Origin: Penicillus capitatus
Taxonomy: Eukaryota; Plantae; Chlorophyta
NCBI GenBank assembly: GCA_965649825.1
Contig: OZ287702.1
Coordinates: forward strand, 248,001-312,000
Length of the DNA: 64,000 nucleotides
Reading direction: 5' to 3'
Part shown: one piece after another, positions 46,049-57,751 of the stretch
How positions within the stretch are numbered: the stretch's first letter is position 1
How the letters are laid out: the number at the start of each line of letters is the position of its first letter
The notes under the pieces: model-generated
Database searches by the model: none
What the model saw: the letters and a program-made list of their open reading frames with translations, nothing else
What the model was told of the DNA's origin: nothing
Position numbers and translations under genes: made by a program

Positions 46049-47720
46049 TGTCTGCTGCTAGATGTCAAATCAAAGGCTGCTGGATGTCATCTTCATTAAA
46101 AGCTGTCCTCTGCTTGAGGCTTCGGAATATGCTGTCTGCTGCTGGATGTCGAATCAAAAGCTGCTGGAGGCAGGCTTGCTTCATCATGTGTTGTCGGATG
46201 TCAGTCAAATCATTGGTTGTCTGCTGCTTGAGGCTTCGGAATATGCTGTCTGCTGCTGGATGTCGAATCAAAAGCTGCTGGAGGCAGGCTTGCTTCATCA
46301 TGTGTTGTCGGATGTCAGTCAAATCATTGGTTGTCGAATGTTGGATCAATTACTGTTTGCCGACTGGAGGCTTCATCATATAGGTTGTCTGCTGCTGATG
46401 CCGGATCACAGACTGCCGGAGGCTTCGTCACAGGCTTTCGTCTTTATCATAGGCTCTGTCGGATGTCCAATCAAAAACTGTTCGCTGCCGGAGTCTTTAT
46501 CACAGGTTGCCGTCTTCTTCGTAGGTCATCGATAACACATCAAATCTTGTCTGCTGCTGAAGGCTTTATTGTAGCCTATCAGCTTAGTCTGTCGAATGTC
46601 AGATGTCGAATCAAATCGATCGGATGCTGCTGGAGGCTCGATCGTAGTCAATCGTCTTTATCTTCGGCTGGAGGATGTCAAATCTAAGGCTCGATCATAG
46701 CTAGTCGTCTTCATCTTCTGCTGTCAGATGTCGAATGTGGTCGATGGGATGCTGCTAGAGGCTTGATTGCAGTCAATCGTCTTCGGCTGGCGGATGGCAG
46801 ATGGCACATCTAAGGTTTTCTGCTGTTTTTGGAAGCTCGATCGGATGTGCTGGAGGCTTCATCTCAGTCTGTCGGATGTCAGATGTCGAATCTGAGGCTT
46901 AATCATGGACTGCTGGAGGCTCGATCGTAGCTGTCATCTTCATCTTCATCTTCATCTTCATCTTCGGCTGTCGGATCTGAGACTTGATCGTGGACTGCTG
47001 GAAGCTCGATCACAGGTAATGGTCTTCATTTTCGACTGTCAGATGTCAAATCAGGCTGGATCAAATGTTGCTGGAGGCTCGATCACAGTCAACTATCTTC
47101 GTCATCGGATGGCAAATGGCAAATCTAAGGCTGTCTTCTGCTGCTGGAGGCCGATTGGATGCTGTCGGCGGCTCGATCGTAGCTGTCATCTTCATCTTCA
47201 TCTTCATCTTCGGCTGTCGGATGTCATACCAGGCTCGATCAGATGTTGCCGGAGACTCGATCGTACCAGTCGGATGTCGACTCGGATCGATCGGATGCGC
47301 TGGAGGAGTTATCGTAGTCTGTCGGCGTAGTCTAAAGGATGTCAGATGTCGAATCAGATCGATCGGCCGTTTCTGGAGGCCCGATCATCGTTAAACGTCT
47401 TCGCTTCGGCTGGCAGATGTCTAATATAAGGCTCGATCGGGTGCGGCCAGAGGCTTCATCGTACTCAATCATATTCTGCTGTCAGATATCACATGTCGAA
47501 TCAGGTCGATCGGAAGCTGCTGTGGAGGCCCGATCGTAGCTAGTCGTCTCCATCGTAGCTGGCAGATCGTGAATCGAAGGCTCGATCGGATGCTGCTGGA
47601 GTCTCCATCGTAGTCAATCGTCTTTGTCTTCTGCTGTCGGGTGCCAAATCGGATCGATCGGATGCTGCTGGAGTCTCCATCGTAGTCAATTGTCTTCATC
47701 TTCGCCTGTCGATGTCACAG
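46049..47720. repeat. Degenerate satellite/minisatellite array (about 70-115 bp units)
   Basis: Recurring motifs TGCTGCTGGAGGCTCGATCG, CTGTCGGATGTCAGATGTCGAATC and TAGTCAATCGTCTTCATCTTC. Near-exact 114-bp duplication (46110/46224), 72-bp period (47583/47655), and (CATCTT)n tracts near 46935 and 47187. Confidence 0.9.
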
Positions 47721-47751
47721 ACCTGGATGTCCAATGAGGTCTGAAAGAGAC

Positions 47752-48627
47752 GATGGGTCCATCTCAACCCCGTCCCTGGAGCCCGGACCCATAAGGTGGA
47801 TCTAAAACACAAAGATCATTAGTAGATGCGAGAAATGGAGAAGATAGGTGCTTACTGCATCAAGAGAGCGATCCCCCAGGCTCTGGAAACAATCCCACGT
47901 GCCACTTGACGCGGTCGCAACGGCTTTCCACCTTGGGGGCGTCTCTCGGTGAAATAGAAAAAACGGACCGCGCAGAACGTGGAAAACGCATCAGAGAACG
48001 AAGTCGGACATGCAGAAAGGGAAAAAGAAAAAGAACACAGAAAAACAAGGAAGGAAAAAAGAACAGAAAAAAACGCAGAGGCAAAACACGCGGGTAAGAA
48101 AAAAACAAAAAAAATAAGAAAAGGGACAGGTCCATGTCCCAGACATATCAGAATACAAAGAAAAAAACGCGCAGACAGGTCATGAAGGCACCACCGCAAC
48201 GAAAAAATGCGGTGGTGGCAAAAAACACAGAAAGGGGAAAGGAAAAAACAAAAAAAAAAAAAAAATAGCGCGCCCGCGAGTGTGACCGCAGAAAAAAATG
48301 ACCCTGCCCGCGGCCAGAATAGAAAAAAAAAACTAAAAAACGATCATCAGAAAAGACGATCGAGCGGACGCGGACCGAAATTCAAAAAGGCCGCAGGCAG
48401 GGCTCACCTCGCTACGCTTGCCCGCGGAGTACCGACCTACAGCTCCCGGTACCTGGACAACGCAGGCGCCCCTCGGCACTGGTTTCACGCCCCCCTAATG
48501 CCATTATAGTGTCCCGGGCGCCAGCTCCCCACTGGGGGAAGCTGGTCCTGCAGGCAGATGGTCATTAGATGGGCGGAAGAATTCGTCGAACTACTTACTT
48601 GACGGGACAGGGTTGAGTGGACCCATC
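47752..48627. mobile_element. 876-bp non-coding element flanked by imperfect ~25-bp inverted repeats (non-autonomous TE-like)
   Basis: GATGGGTCCATCTCAACCCCGTCCC (47752-47776) versus the reverse complement of 48604-48627, GATGGGTCCACTCAACCCTGTCCC. The interior has a ~420-bp A-rich purine tract and a GC-rich block. No transposase and no clear TSD. Confidence 0.55.
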
Positions 48628-48816
48628 TGGTCGACTGAAGAGTCGACCCGAAGGAAGAGATTCCGACGACGGTTCCATACACACCACCGTCGACTCCGCC
48701 TAGTCCAGGCAGCGGCAGATCGGGCCACCATCATCGTCGCCTGGGAGAGGCAACAACGTATCTTCTTCGTCGCTGTCCCCGTGGTCGTTTTCAGCGGCGT
48801 CGTGTCTATGTCGTCA

Positions 48817-50255
48817 TCATTTCCGTCGTTCTGTCTCAAGACATCTGGGTCTTGGGCGTTTGCGCGGGCTTGTAGTTTGTGGGCTTCTTGGTTCACCATC
48901 GCTGCTAGGGCTGCTGGTGTGGTTTCGGCAGCGTCGTCGATCCTCGGCTCGCCAGCACTGAAGGTCCCCGTTGTGTCGACATGGAGTACTGCCCGGCGTT
49001 TCCATTGCTGTATTCGGCAGAATACCAAAACGTTCACTGTATCTCCGACGCGACGCGTTTAAAACAGCACGACGGTCAAGTTCTTGAAGTTTGTCGTACA
49101 GACGACGTACGAGCTCTGGCCATCCCTCGACCTGATGAGCCGGAAGACGCGGCACATTCACCACATACTCTCCCATTCGAACCCAGGCTGTTGTTGAGCG
49201 ACAAACGACTCGTCCAGAGTCTACTCAGCACACAACACCTTCGCCACTCAACCATCCGTAACAAAACTCGTACCGTATGTGTCCAGTTCTGTGACGTGCG
49301 CCATTCAAACCGATCTTCGCTCAGAAACTCCGCGTCTCTTTGCTCTTGTAACAATACGTCGTGTAGTATCGCCTGCGTCAGATGCTTCCGTAGCACTGCT
49401 GAAAACACGTAATGAAAGAGATCGACGCGGCTTTTTGCTGACCTGTGGTGTTATACGCGTTGGCTCTGATGAGGTTCGTTGTCTCGGCGTCTGTCATGAA
49501 GCGCCACCTGCGCAACGCGAATCATCTTTTTCAATGTTGGCTTCGGACCTAAGAGCATCGTTTGAGAAACGCAACCCGTTTTAGGTTTTGCCTGCGAACT
49601 AACATACCTTGGCTCCCTGCCCTTTTTTTCTTGGCCTCGTTCCCGGTGACAAGATATTTTGCATCCGGGGAATCGACGTAATGTTCGTCCGAACCGGCTG
49701 GACGCAAAACGGACGACCAATTATATCGTCCATAACGATGTCGAAAAACGGAGGTCCGAAAAATGACGACCCTCTGCATCTACTGTGGCGGTCCGTCAAC
49801 CGTCAGACCACCATCAGGCGCCATACCACGATGTGGTGCCCATTCCACTGTCTTCATCTGAAATGTCCCTTGTCCTTCGCGCCGGGGACAGTTTGGTACC
49901 TGCATGCTCACATTAGATTCTCCCAGATGCTTCATCCTTAGCTACCTTTGTCGATACAGATGTCAACCGTCCCATACCACTCATCTCCGAGCCCCAACAA
50001 TCCAGAGAGAACAGCCACGCCGGATCTCATTGTCGAGTCCACGACGCCCATGACCCGCGTTCTGAACAGCGCCGAGTCGATGGTTTTGAGTCGCGAAGGG
50101 CGAATTTTCGTCGACCGTCGACCTGCAACACGCAAATGAACGGTAGGTAATGTGAAGGAATTACCTACGAGGGCAGGAGAAGAGATTCGACTCACCGTCG
50201 AAAGCGCGCGGACGGAGTGCCGAATGGTTGGAGTCGGCATCCGATCTCGCTTCAA
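48817..50255 (-). CDS. Hypothetical multi-exon protein
   Basis: Successive ORF pieces join through 44-59 nt host-style introns (e.g. ...NTT|AVLRKHLTQAILHDVLLQEQ...WTHT|TLDESF...FEWE|KLVRRLYDKLQELDRR). No family recognised, and the 5' exons are uncertain. Confidence 0.45.
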
Positions 50256-50799
50256 GCAGATCGCTCTCGAAGGGCGATTGCGTCGAAAAGCAGTGTCTTG
50301 GACGGCGGCAGACGAAAACCGCGAAGAGAGCCGCGACTGGGAAGCGATTCAACGGAAAGGGTAGATACGCCGAGAAAAGTTCAAAACTTATAGAAACAAA
50401 CAAAACAATACAATTCAGGAACGCCGATGGTTTTTGACCGCAGAAGGAAGTCGCAACCGTAAGCGGGTGAAGGTTGATGATGGCGACGTGATCACCAACG
50501 ACGAAGCCGCCATGCAATAACCAGCACTAAGTGTCTCGACTGAAAAGTCTGACAACACCCAAAGGTCCTGCTATGAAACGGAGTATCCCTTTATCCTGTC
50601 GTGTGTGAAGGAAAGACTCTTTTTGAGGATGCTGCAGAAGTGACGGTTATGAACGGTACATCAGAGGCCGCGTGCAAAAATCGAACTGTATACCAAGCTC
50701 TGACATTTAGCAAATCATGTTCTGGAAATCACCCTGTGGACTAATACCTATATGCATCTCAGTACTGGTTTGAGACTTATTGTCGTACAAGTATCAAAA

Positions 50800-52500
50800 T
50801 GTAATCATTTGTGCTCCTCACCTTCGAGTGATCAAAGGGCGAGATGAGAGCCTCTCAAGGATATCTTCCCATCAAAATCGCGCGATCCATGACTTGACAG
50901 CATTCCTTGTTGATTTCTCATTTGAATACTCTTCTGATGACGCGACAGTGGCCAACACAGATGGGTTCAGGATGGTATGATTCTGTATTGTGATGCAAAA
51001 ACACACACCAGCATTTAGTGTCCTTCAGAGGAGGCATGTACATCGTGAGATTCGAGACATGTTACCAGCATTTGCGCAATTTGTGTGTTCTGATGTTCGT
51101 CATATCTTGCATTCGCTGGATGGTCTGTCTCTCTGTTTGTGTTAGATGCACCCATCCAACCCGATGTCAGCTTCGTCTGAGAATTGGACAACTGAAGCTC
51201 CAGCCATTCAGACACTCTTTATTTGAATGTCTGTCATTCTCATTCTCAATTAAATGTCTAAAAGGTGAAAGAAAAGTCTCCTTCGAGCATCGTTTTCGGT
51301 GTCTAATGTGGCACGACTGTAAGGTTCTTTTGCCGTGTAGAGTAGAGTCTCATCCTTCATTTCGCCTTTCAAATCGTTAACTCTTTCGCAAGAGTAAATC
51401 CAGTCTGAGATGTGTGATGCAGTCAACTTGGACCTTCGCCCCATGAATGTCGCATTTAATAATGTCTTTGAAGTCTAGTAAGTTGGCTACTACTGAGATT
51501 GACATAAAGCAGCGACCGTCATCCAATCTCAGTAATGAATGGCCCTTCGAGAAGCAGAACTGCTGACCGTGCTGTAATCGAGTACAAAACCCACCGCTAC
51601 GGGCTGGCGATCTTAACAAGAGATGACCAATCCCGATTAGAGGTCGAGGCATTGACTGTTCAAAGATGATCCCAGAAGTGTTTCAGAACCTGTTGCTCTC
51701 CAAAAAGACAAGGCCATAAGATGACAGTGATTTCCCACCAAGGCATCTTCCAAAAGACACCCAACAAAGATCGCAGCGCTTGAACTTGGATACTCTTGCT
51801 TCTGAAGCCCCTTGTTATCGGCAGCAGTTCTCGGCATTTTCGGCAGTCCATCGATGAAGTCCTGTATTCCGGTGATCGTTATCCAGAGCGCTTCTGGTCA
51901 CCTGGATGGGTAATCTGTTATCTCCTGGTGTCGTCAAAGGCTTGTCCTTAGGTTGCTTGACCCCATCGAGCATATAACCCATTCCATCTGTCTGCATTGC
52001 GAATGTGGATGAAGTCACTGCATTTGAAGGATAGCATTGCTGAGTTACTCCCAAATTCTCCACTTCGCCGTCGAAACGAAATAAAGAGCTGAGGCCTTTG
52101 ATAACTGTCGACCGTGTTCCATTGATATAACAATGCCCGTTTGATCCATCATGGCAACAAACGAACATATGGCTGAATTCCAAGAGGGATATGCTTTGCG
52201 TTTTCTACATCAATGTCATATCCTACCAGCTGTGGAGTTGTCGTCCATGGGAGAGACATTATCGGCAATGATCCTACTCACTTCCACTGGCGTTTGATAC
52301 ATCTAAAGGCAGATGTGCCATAAAAGAACACGAACCCGACAGATTTAGTCCATAGGCGAGAGTGAATTCGCCATCGTTCGTCCGCTTCAGAAAGGATACG
52401 CGATAAGAAACTGCCCGAACGTACGAACGATGCTTCCGTAGCTTCTCGGCAGTCATCCGTCGAGAAGCTTCGCTTGTTTCCGTGATGGGCAACATTCGGA
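50800..52500 (-). pseudogene. Possible decayed beta-propeller + BTB/POZ-BACK gene
   Basis: Stop-interrupted fragments in BTB/BACK order: KCDIHGAKVQVD, LKGEMKDE...LFFHLLDI, WLELQLSN...NARYDEHQNTQIAQMLVTCLE, NAVKSWIARF. Resemblance only. Confidence 0.35.
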
Positions 52501-53431
52501 GCTATGAAGGATGAGTTGCGGCTCAAGCTGAGAAGACTCCATGTCCGCCGCGCACAAACGCGGGATGTCATCTCCACAAGACACTAAGAAAATTGCGCTA
52601 GAGTGAGCAGTAGCGACAAGTTTTCACAAGGCAACCCGAGCCGTATCTCGCTTCCGTCAACTTAAAGTTATTCAGCTCGTCAGAACCAGGATTGCAAGGG
52701 TTCCAGGGAATTTTTCTAGCATTGTATCTGCATCGTGTCTGACACGTTCCCCGTGAATGCTCGACTTCACAGAAGACGCTGAACGGATAGTATCGTACAA
52801 ATGTCAGGCCGATTGAGACAGTATTGTATCAGAAACCGTGTCGTTTTGATAGGTTAGTAGCAGAGTGCACGCTGAAGCAGTCGACGAGAGAGCCGTTCGA
52901 TAAAACGAATGCGGACATCCGCGAGAGATGTCTTTGGAAGACCTCTCCTCTCCCGTGGACAACAATGGTCTATCATTCATTGACTGTTCTCCGCGCCGTT
53001 TTACTTGTGGCAACCCCTAAGTCGAGACAGAATTGGTTTCTTTTGACGAACGACGAATAGATGTCGTGGAAAAAACCAAAGCTGCATTGTGACAGACGAA
53101 TCGGCAGACTCAATGTTGATGACCGACTTTTCGTTTCGATGTCAAGTTTGGTCACGAGTATGGATAAAGGACCTGTGCTCCGACGCGAGTGCTATTCCAC
53201 AACGGCCTTCTCTTAACGCGTACGTTTGAAAACATCGTCTAGCGAGAGCATCATGATCTAATGTGCCATTACGGCGTTTTCAACAGGTTTACCATACAAG
53301 CTGCTAAAGTTGTGTTCATTGAAACCCAGCCTCGCGAATACAACGAGGAATGGGTTGTACACGTAGCAGAAAACGTTGGAATTCAATGAAATGAAAAATT
53401 GTCGACAGAAGGAGAGTCGACATACACTGAC

Positions 53432-54101
53432 TTAGCAGTGAGAACAATCCGTCAGGCAGCGCCCGATAAGAAGAGAAGCTCCGTCGAGCTCATCGTTATC
53501 CAATTCTCTGTCGCAATCGCAGCACGTGTACCTTCCGCAACACTCCGGGAGCGGTATAACGACCCTCGGGCTTGCTTCCATTGCTGTTGATTGTACTTGA
53601 GGGTATCCGATTCCCAAAACACAGTCACCTCCCTAAAGTAAAACATAAACACTTTTGCAAAACAAGCCGCCACATTACCGCTGTCTCGCAAGAACCTAGG
53701 GATATCATCAGCAAAACAAACCGTAGTTTTGACAGAGCTTACATGGACAGTTGCCTTCGCAGTCAATCGGGACGCCGGCTTGGTCAGCCGCACAACGATT
53801 ACGGAAATTCTGACCGCCTTCGCCACATACAGGTTCTTCTGGTAGGGCGTCGCAAGGGTCAACGCCTGAAGAATTGCTCAAAGGGTTTAAGGACTAGAAA
53901 TGGCGCCTTACATGGACAGCGCCCTTCGCAGGCGACCTCTATTCCACGGCAATTGGCGGTGCATGCGTTGATGTAGTTGTGATTGTCAACTCCACACACT
54001 CTCGGTCCCGTCAATTGACAAACACAACTCCCTCTATCGTCTTGTCCCCAGACGCAGGCAGCGGTAGCCAAAACAAACGCAATCGCAACAAAGAACTTCA
54101 T
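53432..54101 (-). CDS. Secreted protein with two Kazal-type domains and a Cys-rich tail
   Basis: Signal peptide MKFFVAIAFVLATAACVWG; CVCQLTGPRVCGVDNHNYINACTANCRGIEVACEGRCPC|VDPCDALPEEPVCGEGGQNFRNRCAADQAGVPIDCEGNCPC|SCETA|GGDCVLG...CCGRYTCCDC...CLTDCSHC*. Confidence 0.85.
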
Positions 54102-57100
54102 GTTTTCACTGGCAATTTTCGCTCAACAGGTTTTTCGCACGACAGGTGTCTTGGCGTCGACTTCGATATCGCTCGAACAAGGAAGAATAGCTTGCAGATA
54201 GTGAATCCCGGCACTGGACCGAGAATTTATACCCTGTGGCCAGTACAATCGGCGTCACGGGCACTTCCGTCTCTGCGCTGTCAACCAGCCGTCAAACAGC
54301 TGCTCAAGGAAGGCGATACCACGTCAGGCGTCTGAGCCTAAGGCCTGAAGACTCCGCGAGAGGCACCTTTGTGATGAACAACGCACGATTGAAGCATTCG
54401 ACGCCACATCGTGAGAAACGCAGTTTGCGCTCGGGCTGTATGCTGCTCTCCGACGCGTTGACACAATATCGGATGACGCAGATAGCAAATCGGTGGCTAC
54501 TAGGCTGGACAACTGCACTGTGTCCCGCGTCAAGGGCTTCTGACCCGTTCCGTCATCCAGCTCAGCAAAAATGAAAAGCGCAAGAAAACCTTGTCACGTC
54601 GATACCTGATGCGTGCCCACAAACACGTAAGCGTTGTCGCCGATGCAGCTTAGCGCACCAAGGCAGCAAGCTAGACAGTCCGAACGGCGTCCTATCGAAG
54701 CGTTAGTCAATGTTTTCTTTCTCCGGCGTACGTATGCGTTAGTTAGTACACACAGTTTGGGATTCAGAGCGTTCAGTATTTAGGCAACGATTGTTCGCGT
54801 CGCCGAGACGCGTCGTCTTCCATCAAGACACTACAATATTGAAGAGCAAGCGCAGGAGTAAAGGGATAGACGTCCGCGTCTAACGGCGCAACAAACAACG
54901 CTGACTAGAGCACCATTTCGCAGTTGTGCGAGACAAACAAGCACCGTTGACTCCTGACGCAGAGTAAGCGGCTTCTGTTAGATTCGACGACGGGTTTTCG
55001 AGTCGGGAAGAGGTCACCGAGACCGTCGCGACACGAACCGAGGTTTTCTTGGAAGCTTAGCTGTTCAATGTACCAAGGAGAGAAGTCCGAGTAAGTGTTT
55101 ATTTGTTCGTGTGCCCTTTCTTTCGCAAGCGCATTCTGTTCGCCGCGCATGCATAGACGAAAAATCATAAGCGACTGTCTGGACTACATATATTAGACAG
55201 AATGAGGCTTTACCCTGTTCTCGAATAGCTATACCGATCGACTCTATGTTCATTCGATGTTTTCAACGTTTCTTCCGTACTCGACCAAATACAGATGTAT
55301 TTGATTCGTCGTCGTTCAATAACGGTGACTATCAAACACGCAGCACTACCTTTACGTCGTGCGTCAGTCGCTACGCCGTGGTCAACACACGAAACGCATG
55401 ACGCTACGGTGTCTATGCGGCGGAACGCCGCATCGGCATTTGTATTGAATGACAGTTCAGTTAGGCAACCCACGAATGTTTGCCAGACTTTCTTAGAGTA
55501 GAAGAGACATGGTTTATGCGTGCAATACTTAGACTCAAATGTAAGTTAAACAGTGAGAAGATGTGAACAGTGCATTCTGCCAAACTAAGTCTGTCAAAGC
55601 GGATGAAGGTGAACCGAAAGGGTGTCCATTCTTTACGGGAAGCCACAATCGCACCATGTATCGTTCGCCCACTGCTGGTACGACATCTAGTGATTCATCC
55701 AAACAGAAGCGTCGATGAATTGAATGTACACACCTTGCACATGACGAGCGATCGAGCCAGTCAATTGATTGTTCAAGCAGAACAGGCCGACAAGTGTAGA
55801 TGGCATTAGACCTCGCAGCAATACCAAAGCCGCGGCAATTTTGAGGCCAACAGAAGAATCATGTCCATTGATCTTCCTCAGTGACAGTCGGAGCACGAAT
55901 GTACAGTTTTGGTTAGCGTTTTCTTTATTCGTGCTGCCATGGGATAGCCCTTCCTTCCTTTTGGGATGCTGTGATGAACGAATCTCCGACAAAATGCACA
56001 CGTGAATTGCTTTAAAATCTTCCTCTATCATCGCCAGGTAGTAACATACTTGGGAATGTTGGACAGTCGGTACATCAATCCCATCATGTGTGCCTACATT
56101 TAATGGACAATATTGATTGAACCTTTCAGATACTCACAGTAGAGATATCTATAAATTTTCTAGTAGAGCATACCTACGTCCTCGCCATCAGAAAACGATC
56201 GAGTTCGCATTACACGGAAGATCGCCGAGAGTACAGACCACCACACTGTCGATTGTGAAGCTCTATGTGTTTCGAAGAGAGAACGAATGATAAACGAATT
56301 GATGCTTTCCACTGGTTTGAATACCTACTCTAAAGGCGTTGACTTTGAACTTGAGCACTGTCCGAACGCGTTTCTTGTTGGTACGTATCGGTTGTCTATC
56401 ACGACCTCTTTCTTTTAACGTTATATTCTCCAAATTCGTGTAATTGCTTGCATCTTCTGCCGCATTGGTGGAAGTGCGTCAGAATTCAAAACGCATTCAG
56501 AGAACGAAAGAGAAGTAGTCAGTCGTTTCAAGATCCATGCGAGTCGAAATCGTGAGAGAAGTTTGGCAGCTACACAACACAACACTTGGGGGCACGGATG
56601 CTAGGGTCAGGGCAAAGATACCTGTGGTAAAAATATTCTTAATACATTCGCGATTGAATCTCTCTCCGAATCCTTCGACACGTTTAAGATTCAGTACTGC
56701 CTTCGACGATGTCTTCGACTGTACCTGCTTTCACCCATCGAGTCCTTGCTCCCTACCTTGATCGAATGCAGATGATGTATATCGATCGATCTCCATAATC
56801 TCTGTCTAAATCGTCTGCTCCTGAAAGGAGTTACGACAGGTTGTCTATCATGCTTCAGATGTGACATGTGACGTGGCCGTTTATTGGAATCGATGAGCGA
56901 GACCTAGTTGCTTGCTGGCGGCGAATACGTCAACGTCACTTTCTGCAGGACTGATGGATTTCTCTCAGAACATCACATGCTCTATTACTTGTTCCTTGAA
57001 TTTGAGAATGCACATTAACTCTATCCTGAAAGATAGCTACGTTGGTGCCATGGAGGATAGATAGAATTCCTTTTGCAGTTCATAAAACACGGCAAAGTAT

Positions 57101-57751
57101 ACGGACTGATATCAGATGCATGAACGCAGGATGGAGATGTGGAGATCTCCAGGTGAGCCTGAATCATACGCTGGATGAATTCTACCTGGAAGACTGACGG
57201 GGATTACTCACCTATCATGTTCTTGACCTCCAATGTGGCAGGGCCATCCTCGCAAGCGACAGATATTCTTAAGAAAAGGGCCAACAATCTTTCGGGCAAA
57301 AAAGAACAGCAACTGTCTTACATAGATGTTTGATCTGCTACATTCTGATGAGCAGTTTTAATTCAGCTCACAAACTGTCTTTGATTTTGCTTTCTATGCG
57401 TCGTTGCCGTGCTATGTGTGTAGTAGGAGGTTTTATGCAAAGAATTCTGTTCCTGAATCCACTGGAACTCGAATCTGTAAACGCGTTACATTCTCCGAGT
57501 CGATAACTATCGTAGAGAGAAATCGACGTGATCAACCGCCAAGCAAACTGTAGTGACCTGGACAGCAGAACGCCATCAATACCAGTGGTGACGTCAGTTA
57601 GTAGTCAGCGAATCGTCAGCCAATAAGCGTTGTCAGCACACGCAGAAGCATTCTGATCCACATTTTTCCGGCCGGCGGCATATAAATTCCGCATCGGGGA
57701 CGTGCGTTCACTTTTCGTGAAGTGTACTTGCACTCTGTTCTCTCGTTCATC

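Noticed and set aside
47764-47860. DPPY motif (VLDPPYGSG) on the minus strand suggesting an adenine methyltransferase
   Set aside because: It lies in only about 31 codons between stops, with no other MTase motif.
49131-49160. Hammerhead-like CTGATGA-GCCG-loop-CGGC
   Set aside because: The required GAAA after stem II is absent (ACAT instead), no stems I/III were found, and it lies antisense to an intron of the orphan gene.
49361-49370. GTGTAGTATC identical to the U2 snRNA branch-binding region
   Set aside because: Only a 10-nt match; the flanks do not resemble U2, and it is antisense to a coding exon.
54200-57700. Short ORFs and possible decayed coding fragments between the Kazal and Kunitz genes
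   Set aside because: Frequent stops in all frames and no identifiable family.
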